The notes: a model not told the origin generated them from the sequence alone. DNA of 63,968 nt, filler included, from 6 parts of 6 records of this genome joined end to end with filler, not necessarily neighbours in it, one strand, 5' to 3'; counted from the whole stretch's first letter, positions 52,192 through 62,429 are shown. A program made the numbers and translations.

Positions 52192-53511
52192 ATGAGTACT
52201 GGGTTCTTCGGCGATCTTCAGCCGATCCAATACACCGGGCCGGCAAGCACCGAGCCGCTGAGCTATCGTCACTACAACAAGGACGAGGTCGTCCTCGGCA
52301 AACGCATGGAAGACCATCTGCGTCTTGCCGTGTGTTACTGGCACAGCTTCTGCTGGCCGGGGTCCGATCCGTTCGGCGGCGAAACCTTCAACCGATCCTG
52401 GATGGCGGCTGGCGGCGATCCGATGGAACAGGCCAAACTGAAGGCAGACGTTGCCTTCGAGATGTTCCAGATCCTGGGCATGCCGTTCTTTACCTTCCAT
52501 GACCGCGACGTCGCGCCGGAAGGCCGGACGCTTGCCGAAAGCAATGCCAATGTGAACGCGATTGCCGACATCTTCGAAAAGAAGATGGCCGACACCGGCA
52601 TCAAGCTCCTTTGGGGCACGGCCAACATGTTCTCCAACCGCCGCTTCATGGGCGGTGCGGCCACCAATCCGGATCCGGACGTCTTCGCCTATGCCGCCGC
52701 ACAGGTGAAGAACGCAATGGACGTCACCTATCGCCTCGGTGGTGAGAACTATGTGCTCTGGGGTGGCCGCGAAGGCTACGAGACCCTGCTCAACACCAAC
52801 ATCAAACAGGAGCTGGACCAGTTCGGCCGCTTCCTCAACATGGTGGTCGAGTACAAGCACAAGATCGGCTTCAAGGGCACGATCCTGATCGAGCCGAAGC
52901 CGCAGGAGCCGTCCAAGCACCAGTACGACTACGACGTCGCCACCGTCTATGGCTTCCTGAAGGCCTATGGGCTGGAAAACGACGTCAAGATGAACATCGA
53001 GCAGGGCCACGCCATTCTGGCCGGCCACTCGTTCGAGCACGAACTGCACATGGCCCGTTCGCTCGGCATCTTCGGGTCCGTCGACATGAACCGCAACGAC
53101 TATCAGTGCGGCTGGGATACCGATCACTTCGGCATGAACGTGCCGGAACTTGCGCTCGCCTATTACGAGATCCTGATGGCGGGCGGCTTCACCACCGGTG
53201 GCACGAACTTCGACGCCAAGCTGCGTCGCCAGTCACTCGACCCGGTCGATCTGATCCAGGCGCACGTCGGCTCAGCCGACGCGATTGCCCGCGGTCTGAA
53301 GGCCGCGGCAGCCATGATCGAGGACGGCCGACTGAAGGGCTTCGTCGATGACCGTTATGCCGGCTGGCAGAAGCCGGAAAACGCCGACATCCTCAAAGGT
53401 GGTTCCTCGCTCGAGACATTGGCCGAGCGCGTCCACAAGGCCGACCTGGAACCGCAGCCGAAATCCGGCAAGCAGGAATACCTGGAAAGCCTGGTCAACC
53501 TGTTCGTTTGA
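52192..53511 (+). CDS. xylA: Xylose isomerase (class II)
   Basis: [36 protein letters not shown] and NFDAKLRR. Confidence 0.97.
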   Translation: MSTGFFGDLQPIQYTGPASTEPLSYRHYNKDEVVLGKRMEDHLRLAVCYWHSFCWPGSDPFGGETFNRSWMAAGGDPMEQAKLKADVAFEMFQILGMPFFTFHDRDVAPEGRTLAESNANVNAIADIFEKKMADTGIKLLWGTANMFSNRRFMGGAATNPDPDVFAYAAAQVKNAMDVTYRLGGENYVLWGGREGYETLLNTNIKQELDQFGRFLNMVVEYKHKIGFKGTILIEPKPQEPSKHQYDYDVATVYGFLKAYGLENDVKMNIEQGHAILAGHSFEHELHMARSLGIFGSVDMNRNDYQCGWDTDHFGMNVPELALAYYEILMAGGFTTGGTNFDAKLRRQSLDPVDLIQAHVGSADAIARGLKAAAAMIEDGRLKGFVDDRYAGWQKPENADILKGGSSLETLAERVHKADLEPQPKSGKQEYLESLVNLFV

Positions 53512-53520
53512 TGCAAACTG

Positions 53521-53552
53521 CATCCGGGGCGCTGGTTGCAGCGCTCCGGATG
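53521..53552. terminator. Hairpin after xylA
   Basis: CATCCGGGGCGCTG-GTTG-CAGCGCTCCGGATG; no clear U-tract. Confidence 0.55.
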
Positions 53553-53606
53553 GGCTTCTCAGCTGATGTCCGGCAGGTGCCATCCGCGATCTGTCGCCAC
53601 AGGATT

Positions 53607-54569
53607 TCAGCTATCCGCGAACTTTTCCCGGTACTCGCCGACGGTGGTATTGAGATGCCTCTTGAACGCCCGCTGCATTTGCTGGAAATCGGAGAAACCG
53701 GAAACACGGATAGCGCTTCCCACCGGCGCACCGCCTGACAGGACATCCGCTGCCCGCTTGAGCCTGTAGCGTTCCAGAAATTTCACGGGTGTTAGCCCCG
53801 CGCTTGCGGAAAACCGTCGGTTCAAGGTCCTCGGGGTCAGACCGGCAACCTCAGCCATCAACTCCAGTGTCCAGTCGCGTCCGGGATTGTCCTGCAAGGC
53901 GTCAAGCAGCCGGCCAAGTTCGCGGTCGCCGGAAAACTGCGCTTCAAGCAAGTCAGCGAACTGGGTTTGGCCACTGGCTCTTTTCAGATAGACGACCAAC
54001 TCGCGGGCAACGGCAAGAGCCAGGGCTCCACCATGGTCCCTCTTGATGATCTCCAGCGCCAGATCGATGCCTGAGGCCACGCCTGCAGACGTCATCACCT
54101 CGCCGTCGATATGATAAAGCTCGTCGGTGGACCAGCGTACTTCAGGAAATTGCTGCCGCACCTGTCGGGCGCGCCGCCAGTGGGTCGTGGCTTTCCGGCC
54201 ATTCAAAAGGCCAGCATTGGCCAGGACCAGCGCACCGGAGCAGATCGAGATAATCCGTCTGTCCTCCATTTCCGAAGGCCATGTTGCAAGAAAATCCAGG
54301 ATCATCCGGTCATGCATCGCTTGATCGACACCAGTCCCACCCGGTATCAGAAGATTCCGCCGCCCGTCTGTCGATGCGGTCGTGTCCACTTGCAATCTGA
54401 GCCCGCACGAAGAGGTGACCCCCATCCCGTCCATGGAAACGAAGCGCAACCTGTAGCGTTCGGTGCCGTCTTCGTTTGCCGAACTGAAAACCTGCGCGGG
54501 ACCTGCCACATCCAGGATGTTCAGGCCGTCGAAAAGCAGGATGTCGATCTGGCGAAGCGTTTTGTCCAT
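53607..54569 (-). CDS. GlxA-type AraC regulator (DJ-1/PfpI domain plus HTH)
   Basis: LDVAGPAQVF, SICSGA, ATTHW, TSAGVASGIDL and a C-terminal AraC HTH. Confidence 0.92.
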   Translation of the reverse strand: MDKTLRQIDILLFDGLNILDVAGPAQVFSSANEDGTERYRLRFVSMDGMGVTSSCGLRLQVDTTASTDGRRNLLIPGGTGVDQAMHDRMILDFLATWPSEMEDRRIISICSGALVLANAGLLNGRKATTHWRRARQVRQQFPEVRWSTDELYHIDGEVMTSAGVASGIDLALEIIKRDHGGALALAVARELVVYLKRASGQTQFADLLEAQFSGDRELGRLLDALQDNPGRDWTLELMAEVAGLTPRTLNRRFSASAGLTPVKFLERYRLKRAADVLSGGAPVGSAIRVSGFSDFQQMQRAFKRHLNTTVGEYREKFADS

Positions 54570-54653
54570 AATTGACGACACTATGTCATTATAGACAGTC
54601 GGTTCAACCGGTAAACAGGAGTGATCCTTGGCGTAACCGGTACGGACGGCCTC

Positions 54654-55832
54654 ATGCTCACGAGAAACTTTCTCCTCATTCTCCTTGCGAATATCGTGCT
54701 CGGCTCGGCAATGCCGATGCTGATCATCCTTGGCGGTCTGGCAGGAGGCTGGCTGGCTCCCCACGTGTGGCTCGCAACCGCGCCGCCGTCGACGCAGATG
54801 CTGGTCGGCATCATCGTGGCAACGCCGGTATCTCTCTTCATGGGGCGCTTCGGCAGGCGAGCAGGTTTCCTGCTTGGCGCGGCAATGCTGGTCTTTGGCG
54901 GTGTCTTCGCGGCATTGGCGCTTGTACTGCAGAGTTTCATCCTGCTCTGCCTGGCACATGCGGCTCTTGGGGCCGCATTGATCAGCGTGAACTATTTCCG
55001 GTTTGCGGCCTCCGAGGCGGTTCCCGCCGAACATCGGGCTCAGGCGATTTCCTTCACACTGGCTTCCGGACTGGTGGCCGCGTTGCTGGGGCCGCAACTG
55101 TTCAATGAAGCAAAGGACGCACTGGCGCCAATACCGCTGGCAGGAGCCTATCTTGCAATCGCCATGCTCGGAGTTCTTGGGGCGTTGCCGGTCTGGTGGT
55201 TAAGGATGCCGGCATCTCCACTAAAGGTGGCCCACAGGCGCGCGGAAAGCGCGGTACGGATCCTGAGCCGTAATCCCGGGGCGGTCGGAGCGATCGGGCT
55301 TGCAGCTTTGTCACAGGCGATGATGGTTCTGCTGATGACCCCGACACCTTTGGCGATGATCGGTTGCGGGTTCGCCGAAGGCCAGGCCGCGGATGTCATT
55401 CGCTGGCACGTGGTCGCAATGTTCGCACCCGGGTTCTTTACGGGGTTTCTGATCCGCCGCTTCGGCGGAAGCAGGATCGCCGTCCTGGGGCTCGTTCTCC
55501 TGTTCGCTTCCGCGCTGACGGCATGGTCCGGCATCGGCCTGCTCGAATTCTACGGTGCCCTCGTTCTTTTGGGCGTGGGCTGGAATTTCGGTTTCATCGG
55601 AGGAACGCATTTGCTGCAGGCAGCCTTGAGCGACGAGGAAAGGCCGCTGGTCCAAGGCGTCAACGATACGCTTCTTGCGGTTTCATCCTCCGGAGCCTCG
55701 CTTCTCTCGGGCGTGCTGTTTGCGGGGATCGGCTGGACGGGTCTGGCTGCGGTGTCCGCTCCTGTCCTGGCGCTGCTCGCACTGATCCTGGTGCTTCGTT
55801 TCCGGCGCAGGGAAACCGTTGCAAGGGCGTGA
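54654..55832 (+). CDS. MFS transporter
   Basis: MGRFGRRAGF, FRFAASE, HVVAMFAPGFFTG and LGVGWNFGFIGGT. Confidence 0.9.
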   Translation: MLTRNFLLILLANIVLGSAMPMLIILGGLAGGWLAPHVWLATAPPSTQMLVGIIVATPVSLFMGRFGRRAGFLLGAAMLVFGGVFAALALVLQSFILLCLAHAALGAALISVNYFRFAASEAVPAEHRAQAISFTLASGLVAALLGPQLFNEAKDALAPIPLAGAYLAIAMLGVLGALPVWWLRMPASPLKVAHRRAESAVRILSRNPGAVGAIGLAALSQAMMVLLMTPTPLAMIGCGFAEGQAADVIRWHVVAMFAPGFFTGFLIRRFGGSRIAVLGLVLLFASALTAWSGIGLLEFYGALVLLGVGWNFGFIGGTHLLQAALSDEERPLVQGVNDTLLAVSSSGASLLSGVLFAGIGWTGLAAVSAPVLALLALILVLRFRRRETVARA

Positions 55833-55846
55833 GACGAAAGTCGGGC

Positions 55847-56356
55847 CTAGTAGCTCTGGAACAACTGAACGCCGTCCGGATCTGACAGGTTGTGCAGGCG
55901 GTGTGCGGCATGGCGGGCGAAGCGGTGGGTTACCGATTTCCGGGTGGCTGCCGCCAGCTTGTGTTCCGGTGCTTCGCGCAGGATCTCCGCCCCGAAGCCG
56001 TCGGAAACAATCAGCCCGGCTTCCTCGGGAAAGATCTCCAGCGGGACGTCCGGATGCGTCGCGAAATAGAGCCGGTCGCAATGAAGGCGGTAGTCCGGCC
56101 ACTTGGTATCCGCCCGGAAATCGGCAATCGAGGATTTGACCTCGACTATCCAGAGCTCATGTTTCGGCCCAAGCGCCAGAAGATCCGCCCGCCGGGCGGA
56201 GGCAAGGGTGACTTCCGGCAGGCAGGCGAAATCGAGCTGTCGCAACAGCCGCGCGGCCCCGCGCCAGACCTTCAGCGCGGTTTCCGACTGACGTCCGTCC
56301 TTGAGCGGGTCATCCAGCTGAATCCGCCCCGCTAGTGGCTGATGATCGAGTTCCAT
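55847..56356 (-). CDS. mmcB: MmcB family DNA repair endonuclease
   Basis: EVTLASARRADLLAL, WIVEVKSSIADFRADTKWPDYRLHCDRLYFA; SOS box upstream. Confidence 0.9.
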   Translation of the reverse strand: MELDHQPLAGRIQLDDPLKDGRQSETALKVWRGAARLLRQLDFACLPEVTLASARRADLLALGPKHELWIVEVKSSIADFRADTKWPDYRLHCDRLYFATHPDVPLEIFPEEAGLIVSDGFGAEILREAPEHKLAAATRKSVTHRFARHAAHRLHNLSDPDGVQLFQSY

Positions 56357-56365
56357 GCGCATTTT

Positions 56366-56380
56366 GTTCCACATTTGTTC
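56366..56380 (-). promoter_or_regulatory. LexA (SOS) box upstream of mmcB
   Basis: GTTC-CACATTT-GTTC matches GTTC-N7-GTTC, about 10 nt from the proposed ATG at 56356. Confidence 0.85.
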
Positions 56381-56492
56381 GTTTTTTGCAAGTTTTGCCG
56401 TTGGCGACATTGACCTTTCCTGCCAACTTGCGCGATGTTTCGGCGCATCGGATAATCCGGTTGGATCTTGTCACTCCGGGAGGGGGTTGCGG

Positions 56493-56975
56493 TTGAACGG
56501 TTTCACACGAAGTGCCTTGTTGGGCGTTGCACTGGCGTTTGCGTGCGGGCCTGCGCTTGCAGGCAAGGGGGACCTGATGTTCCAGGTGCCGAAATCGGCA
56601 CCCCTTCTGCAAGGCCGGGCACTGGATCTGCGTTTTGCGGATTTCGCGCAAGGCATATGGGTGCGGGAACTGCAGGATTGTCCTGCTCCGCGGATCGACC
56701 GAAGCGCGCCCGGTTCCACGCTGGCCATCTACCGCGGCCTTCTGGAAACCCCGGGGCGCATCTGTCAGGTGTATGGGGCTGAAAAAAGCGGCAAGATGAC
56801 CCAGCGTGCGGCAATCAGTTGCCTGCTGACGGATGGCGGCGAGGCGATCGAACTGGTCACCGTTCAGCCCCGTGGCACCGAAGGGCTCATGGTTCAGGAA
56901 GGCGAAAAGCCGCCGGTCCATTTCCGCTTCTGCGAGAAGATCGTGCCGATCCTGCAGTCGTCAAACAGCAACTGA
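56493..56975 (+). CDS. Hypothetical exported protein; start uncertain
   Basis: RBS GGGAGG before TTG; signal peptide SALLGVALAFACGPALA; four Cys in the mature part. Confidence 0.6.
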   Translation: MNGFTRSALLGVALAFACGPALAGKGDLMFQVPKSAPLLQGRALDLRFADFAQGIWVRELQDCPAPRIDRSAPGSTLAIYRGLLETPGRICQVYGAEKSGKMTQRAAISCLLTDGGEAIELVTVQPRGTEGLMVQEGEKPPVHFRFCEKIVPILQSSNSN

Positions 56976-57040
56976 CGCCCTTTTGCCGGTTGGTTTGGGG
57001 GCGAGCGGCTCTCTGCCTCAAGCGCCTGACAGCAAAAATG

Positions 57041-57084
57041 CCTCATCCTTCGAGACAGCGCTGATGCGCTTCCTCAGGATGAGG
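57041..57084. repeat. Hyphomicrobiales-type palindromic intergenic repeat
   Basis: Reverse strand reads CCTCATCCTGAGGAAGCGCATCAGCGCTGTCTCGAAGGATGAGG, matching from memory the CTCATCCTGAGG...GTCTCGAAGGATGAG hairpin repeat of rhizobial genomes. Confidence 0.7.
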
Positions 57085-57154
57085 AGCGGTGGATCAGACA
57101 GAAATGCGGTAACAACCGGTTCGACCCTCTCATAGCAGAATAGCCAGAGCCGGA

Positions 57155-58850
57155 TCAGATCTCCGGCCCGCTCCACAGGTTCGACTTCGCGGTCTTCTTC
57201 GGCGTGCGGCTTTCCGAAATATGCGCCGTCAGCGGGTCGAGCGTGCACAGGGCGTCATACTGGCTGAGGAACACCTGCCCGCTCAAATGCTTCAGGAAAT
57301 CGGTCCGCTTCAGTCGGTCCATCACCGGTCCCTTCACCTCCGAAAGGTGGAAGGAAACACCGGAATCCGACAGACGGTGGTTGATTTCCTCAAGGCTCTC
57401 CAGGGCACTGGCGTCGATCTCGTTCACGGCCGGGCACATCAGCACCACGTGTTCGATATCGGGCTTTTCGGCTACCAGTGCATAGATCCGGTCTTCCAGA
57501 AACCGCGAATTGGCAAAGAACAGGCTTTCATCGACCCGTAGTGTCAGCACCCGGTCACCCGTCACCACGGCGTGCCGGTCTACATTGCGGAAGTGCTCAG
57601 TTCCCGGCACGACGCCGACAATTGCCATATGTGGCCGGCTGCTGCGGTAGAGGTAGAGCGCAATCGACAGGGCAACGCCGGTCACCACGCCCGGCTCGAC
57701 ACCGAAGAACAGGGTGATCAGGATCGTCGCGGCCATGGCCGCGAAATCGCTCTTCGAATAGGCGAATGTCCGCTTGATCGCGCCGAGGTCAACCAGCGAC
57801 AGCACGGCAACGATGATGGTGGCGGCCAGAGTTGCCTGCGGCAGATGCGTCAGCAGCGGGGTCAGGAACAAGGTGGCCAGCGCAATGCCGACGGCGGTGA
57901 AGGCACCGGCCGCCGGGGTCGCTGCCCCGGCATCGAAATTGACAACCGAGCGGGCGAACCCGCCGGTGACCGGATAGCCACCGGAAATGGCGGAGGCAAT
58001 GTTGGAGGCGCCGAGGCCGATCAGCTCCTGATCCGGCTCGATCCGCTGACGCTTCTTGGCTGCCAGGGTCTGCGCAACGGAAACGGATTCCACAAAACCG
58101 ATGACCGAAATCAGCAGCGCGGGACCGGCAAGCGCCAGCCACAATTCGCTGTCGAAGGCTGGCAGATGCGGCACCGGCAGGCCGGAGGGAATGTCCCCGA
58201 CAACACGCACGCCTTTCTCGCCGAGTTGAAAGACGGCGGACAGGATCGTGGTCACCGCTACGGCTGCCACCGGTCCGGCCTTGGTCAGGATATCGGCAAA
58301 AAACGGCTTCATCCCCATGCCGAGCAGCAGCTTCTTCAGGCCTTTTCGCACCCAGAAGAGGAAAGCCGTGGCCGAGATGCCGATTGCGAAGGTGATCCAG
58401 TTGATCTCGCCAAGGTGCTGCAGGATGGAGCCCAGGATATCGTAAAGCGTATGCCCGTTCGCCTTGACGCCGAGAATGTGCTTGAGCTGGCTGGAAGCAA
58501 TCAGCAGGCCCGACGCGGTGATGAAGCCGGAAATCACCGGATGGCTCAGGAGGTTCGCCAGGAACCCGAGCCGGAACAGGCCCATGGCGATCAGCATCAG
58601 GCCGGACAGGAAAGCGAGAATGATGGCGGCACCCAGATATTCCGGGGTGCCCTGCCTGGCCAGTTCGCCAACGGCGGAAGCCGTCATCAGCGAGACCACG
58701 GCAACCGGCCCGACGGCCAGCGCACGGCTGGTGCCGAACAGGGCGTAGGCGACAAGCGGCAGGATGGATGCATAAAGGCCGACTTCGGGCGGCAGACCAG
58801 CAAGAAGCGCGTAAGCAAGAGACTGCGGGATCAGCATGATCGTCACGATC
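57155..58850 (-). CDS. SulP family anion transporter with STAS domain, 5' truncated
   Basis: IPQSLAYALLAGLPPEVGLY, GPVAVVS, TGGFARS and LRVDESLFFAN. Confidence 0.95.
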
Positions 58851-58950
58851 NNNNNNNNNNNNNNNNNNNNNNNNNNNNNNNNNNNNNNNNNNNNTTAATT
58901 AATTAANNNNNNNNNNNNNNNNNNNNNNNNNNNNNNNNNNNNNNNNNNNN
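58851..58950. other. Artificial contig spacer
   Basis: N-run + TTAATTAATTAA + N-run. Confidence 0.98.
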
Positions 58951-58986
58951 GCCATGCAGGCGCTCTCCCAGCTGAGCTAATGCCCC
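58951..58986 (-). tRNA. tRNA-Ala(GGC), 5' half only, truncated by the contig end
   Basis: Reverse complement GGGGCATTAGCTCAGCTGGGAGAGCGCCTGCATGGC. Confidence 0.9.
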
Positions 58987-59032
58987 ATTCAGGTCAGTGA
59001 CCTTAGTGGATGCGCCGGTAACTAGGCGCAAG

Positions 59033-59072
59033 CGAAGGCGGGATCAAGTGGAAAATCCACCTCCCGCCTTCG
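59033..59072. terminator. Hairpin between the TIGR02300 gene and tRNA-Ala
   Basis: CGAAGGCGGGA...GTGGA-AAA-TCCAC...TCCCGCCTTCG. Confidence 0.55.
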
Positions 59073-59076
59073 AATT

Positions 59077-59403
59077 TTAGGAATCGTCGTCGTCCGATGC
59101 CACGTCCGCAATATCGTCCAGCGGAACAGTGTCGCTATCGTCGTCGTCATCGTCCAGAATATCGTCATCCAGTTCCACATCGACGTCGTCATCATCGAGG
59201 ATTGCATCCTCATCGACTTCGGCTTCTTTGGCCTTGGCTGTAACGGCATCTTCGGCGTCTGCCGCGATCATCCGGGATTTGGATGCATCTACTTCCAGCG
59301 CCTCGCCGGTGTAGGGGCTGACGATCGGGTTCTTGTTCAGGTCATAGAAGCGCTTGCCCGTTGTGGGGCACAGGCGCTTCGTTCCCCATTCTTCTTTGGG
59401 CAT
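59077..59403 (-). CDS. TIGR02300 (FYDLN acid) family protein
   Basis: MPKEEWGTKRLCPTTGKRFYDLNKNPIVSPYTG plus an Asp/Glu-rich tail. Confidence 0.93.
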   Translation of the reverse strand: MPKEEWGTKRLCPTTGKRFYDLNKNPIVSPYTGEALEVDASKSRMIAADAEDAVTAKAKEAEVDEDAILDDDDVDVELDDDILDDDDDDSDTVPLDDIADVASDDDDS

Positions 59404-59511
59404 GGAACACCCCTCTTCGAAATTTCGGTTGCGTATAGATGATTCCGGCCAAGTGCCATATGAGGGTGGGACTGTCAAAGGCTTTAGCCGACTGTTGCCA
59501 ATTGGACCCTG

Positions 59512-60201
59512 TTGATGACCGACCCAATTCTGCCCGGCGATCCGCCAATTGTGCTGCTGATGCGGCGTTCTGCACGGGCAAAACGGATCTCGTTGCGGAT
59601 TTCCCAATTGGACGGTCGGGTGACATTGACCATGCCCGCCAAGCTCGCGGAAGCCGAAGCGATGGCCTTTGCCCGCAGCAAAGAGGCATGGATTCGCAAA
59701 CATCTTGAGGCGCGGGGCGAGGATGTGCCTGTGGCACTGGGCGCTGAGGTGCCGGTGGGCGGACAGATGTTGCGAATCGTACCGGGGCAAGGCCGAAGGG
59801 TGCAGATCGGACAAGCGGAGATCGCCGTGCCGGGTGCCCCTGATCGGGTCGCGGTGCGGCTTGGCGCGTATCTCAAAGAAGTGGCACGTGATCGGCTGGC
59901 AGGTGCATGTGATGACTATGCCGCCGTGCTGGGCAAAAGTTATGGCCGGATCACCATGCGCGATACGCGGTCCCGTTGGGGCAGTTGCACCAGTGACGGT
60001 GCGTTGATGTTTTCGTGGCGCTTGATTATGGCGCCGCCGGAGGTGCTTGATTATGTCGCCGCACATGAGGTCGCGCATTTGGCCGAGATGAATCATTCCG
60101 CCGCCTTCTGGGCGGGTGTTGAGCGGATCTATGGCGATTACCAAACGCCGCGCAAATGGTTGCGGCAACATGGCGGCGATCTGCACCGCTATCAATTCTA
60201 G
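59512..60201 (+). CDS. M48/YgjP-like (DUF45) metal-dependent hydrolase
   Basis: RRSARAKRISLR, DTRSRWGSC and DYVAAHEVAHLAEMNHSAAFW (HExxH). Confidence 0.92.
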   Translation: MMTDPILPGDPPIVLLMRRSARAKRISLRISQLDGRVTLTMPAKLAEAEAMAFARSKEAWIRKHLEARGEDVPVALGAEVPVGGQMLRIVPGQGRRVQIGQAEIAVPGAPDRVAVRLGAYLKEVARDRLAGACDDYAAVLGKSYGRITMRDTRSRWGSCTSDGALMFSWRLIMAPPEVLDYVAAHEVAHLAEMNHSAAFWAGVERIYGDYQTPRKWLRQHGGDLHRYQF

Positions 60202-60212
60202 AGGAGGCTGTT

Positions 60213-61049
60213 TTGCCTGAAATTCACTCCGCCGCCGGTTATTCAGCCGCCCAGTTGCTTGACGTCACCAACGATGCCTTTTCGGATTACGCGGTTCCGA
60301 TGAAGCAAACCCTGCAGGGGTTTGAGACGTTTCTGCGCCAGCGTGGTGTGGTCTTGCCCAGATCGTTTGTGATGGTTGAGGACAATGAAATAGTCGCGCT
60401 TTGGCTTATCTCGGTGCGTGGTCGCGATGGATATCTGGCCAGCAGCGGCACCCGCCCGGCGTTTCGCGGGCGCGGGGTTGCGCGGGCCTTGGCGGAGCAT
60501 TCCATGGAGGATCTTGCAGCCAATGGCGTTAACCATTTGCAGACAGAGGTTTTGCAAAGCAACACAGCGGCCTTCGCGCTTTATCAAAGCCTTGGGATGG
60601 AGATCCGGCGGCAATTGAACTGTTTTACTGTTCCTGAGACACCTCTGGTCAAAGCGGGTCTGGCTGCCTTTGTGCCGGTGCAATGGTCCGATATTGCGCC
60701 AGATGCGGCCACGCTGCACGATTGGCAGCCGTCATGGCAAAATGCGGCAGGCTCGCTCGCGGCAGCGGGGGATAATTTGATGTGTCTGGCGCATTACGAT
60801 GCGGGGCAGTTGGTGGCCTATGCGGCAGTCTATCGCGACACGGCTACCTTGGCGCAGTTTGCCGTTGCGCGGGATCACCGCCGTCAGGGACTTGGACGGG
60901 CGATCATTGGCACGGTGCAGCGCGCGCTGCCGGACCGTGCCCTTCGGGTGATCAATGCACAACAAGACGATCTGGGGTTCGATACCTTTATGCAGGCCTT
61001 GAACGCTGAGCCGATCGTGCAGCAATTTGAGCTTTGCAGGGAGCTGTGA
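60213..61049 (+). CDS. Tandem GNAT acetyltransferase
   Basis: RBS GAGGAGG plus TTG; NDAFSDY, RPAFRGRGVA, EVLQSNTAAFALY and second motif A HRRQGLG. Confidence 0.88.
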   Translation: MPEIHSAAGYSAAQLLDVTNDAFSDYAVPMKQTLQGFETFLRQRGVVLPRSFVMVEDNEIVALWLISVRGRDGYLASSGTRPAFRGRGVARALAEHSMEDLAANGVNHLQTEVLQSNTAAFALYQSLGMEIRRQLNCFTVPETPLVKAGLAAFVPVQWSDIAPDAATLHDWQPSWQNAAGSLAAAGDNLMCLAHYDAGQLVAYAAVYRDTATLAQFAVARDHRRQGLGRAIIGTVQRALPDRALRVINAQQDDLGFDTFMQALNAEPIVQQFELCREL

Positions 61050-61060
61050 CCTTTGCCGGA

Positions 61061-61378
61061 TCAAGCGATTTTGAGCGCGGTGATCCCGGCAATGATCAGT
61101 GCAATCCCCGCCACCCGCATCGGAGTAAGCTGATCGCCAAACATGGCAACACCCAAAACCGCAGCGCCGACAACACCGATGCCGACCCAAACCGCATAGG
61201 CTGTGCCCAGCGGCAAATCCTTCATCGCAAGCGCCAGAAGCCAGAAACTGATCGCGGCGGCGATGGCTGTAACGGCGGAGGGCAAAATCACGGTAAATCC
61301 GTTTGATGCCTTAAGCGCGGCGGCCCAGACCACCTCAAATAGGCCTGCAACCACCAGCAACAGCCATGCATTTCCCAT
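61061..61378 (-). CDS. SMR family (SugE/Gdx-like) small multidrug/guanidinium exporter
   Basis: AWLLLVVAGLFEVVWA, LKASNGFT and LPLGTAYAVWVGIG. Confidence 0.9.
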   Translation of the reverse strand: MGNAWLLLVVAGLFEVVWAAALKASNGFTVILPSAVTAIAAAISFWLLALAMKDLPLGTAYAVWVGIGVVGAAVLGVAMFGDQLTPMRVAGIALIIAGITALKIA

Positions 61379-61451
61379 CCCGCAATCTCCTTTGACTGAA
61401 AAACATGTTTGAGGCAAAGCTTACTCAGGTGAACCTTGACCTACCAGCGCA

Positions 61452-61465
61452 TTTGTGATCACAAA
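61452..61465. promoter_or_regulatory. Palindromic operator overlapping the GntR promoter
   Basis: Perfect palindrome TTTGTGATCACAAA, 5 nt before the ATG; TTGACC -35-like hexamer at 61436-61441. Confidence 0.7.
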
Positions 61466-61470
61466 CGCCA

Positions 61471-62121
61471 ATGACCCTGACCGCCCGCCCTTCCGATGCA
61501 ACTTCACCTGCGCACGACCGCCTGTATCGCGGTTTGCGCAGCCGGATCATGCATGGTGACTTGCCGCCCGGTCATGCGTTGACCCTGCGCGGGATTGGTA
61601 AGGAATATGATGTCTCAATGACACCAGCGCGCGAGGCCGTGCGCAGGCTGGTTGCAGAAGGCGCATTGACGATGTCCACCTCTGGCCGGATCAGCACGCC
61701 AGAGCTTTCCAGCGAACGGATCGAAGAGCTGGCCGCGCTGCGGGCGTTGATCGAGGTTGAGCTGGCCAGCCGTGCTTTGCCGCGCGCGCATATGGCGTTG
61801 ATTGACCGGATGCAAACCATCAACAATGCCATCTCAGAGGCCGTCGCCCACCGCGATGCGGTCAGCTACATTCGCACCAATCTTGAGTTTCACCGTACAC
61901 TTTATCTGCGGGCGCAGGCCCCGGCGATGCTGGCGATGGCCGAAACGGTATGGCTCCAGATGGGTCCAACGATGCGTGCGCTATATGGCCGTTTGCGCCG
62001 TACCGACCCGCCACAATTCCACCGTTTGATCATTGCGGCGCTCAAGGCTGGGGATGAACCGGGCCTCCGGCTCGCTGTGCGATCTGACGTGACGCAGGGT
62101 TTGCGGATGCTGGCCAGTTAG
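61471..62121 (+). CDS. GntR (FCD) family regulator
   Basis: LTLRGIGKEYDVSMTPAREAVRRLVAEGAL and NLEFHRTLY. Confidence 0.92.
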   Translation: MTLTARPSDATSPAHDRLYRGLRSRIMHGDLPPGHALTLRGIGKEYDVSMTPAREAVRRLVAEGALTMSTSGRISTPELSSERIEELAALRALIEVELASRALPRAHMALIDRMQTINNAISEAVAHRDAVSYIRTNLEFHRTLYLRAQAPAMLAMAETVWLQMGPTMRALYGRLRRTDPPQFHRLIIAALKAGDEPGLRLAVRSDVTQGLRMLAS

Positions 62122-62429
62122 CCAGCCACGCCTTTCTTGTCCGGCGGGGGCTCCGGCGTGATAGCGGTCCAGTTCTTGCCGGCAGACACAACGCAACTGA
62201 CCCCGTTTGGATGGCTGACCAATATGGTAAAGCTGTTCCCGTCCGGCGTCGCCCAAACCTCAATCAATGAACGGGCATTCTGAAGGCCGGTTGCCGCGAG
62301 AGCCTCGTTATACCGGGTGGTCAAACGGTCCACCAGATCGACACGCGGCGCACAGGTCATTGCCGCAGCAGGCGGGCCGGTTGCGACCATCCCGAACAGC
62401 AGGGCAGAGGTGAGAATACGTTTGTACAT
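62118..62429 (-). CDS. Small exported hypothetical protein (103 aa, two Cys)
   Basis: SD AAGGAG before ATG 62429; signal peptide MYKRILTSALLFGMVATGPPAAA; CAPR...EVWAT..SFTILVS.PNGVSCVVSAG..W. Confidence 0.8.
   Translation of the reverse strand: MYKRILTSALLFGMVATGPPAAAMTCAPRVDLVDRLTTRYNEALAATGLQNARSLIEVWATPDGNSFTILVSHPNGVSCVVSAGKNWTAITPEPPPDKKGVAG

Noticed and set aside
59077..59230. Low-complexity GAC/GAT repeats
   Set aside because: They simply encode the acidic tail typical of TIGR02300 proteins.
59404..60195. Long N-terminal extension of the TIGR02300 ORF (372 aa in the track)
   Set aside because: It overlaps the M48-like gene antisense; the family sequence starts at MPKEEWG (59403).
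61379..61450. Guanidine riboswitch upstream of the SugE/Gdx-like gene
   Set aside because: No paired ACGR-loop hairpins (guanidine-II) or other guanidine aptamer consensus are visible in the short leader.
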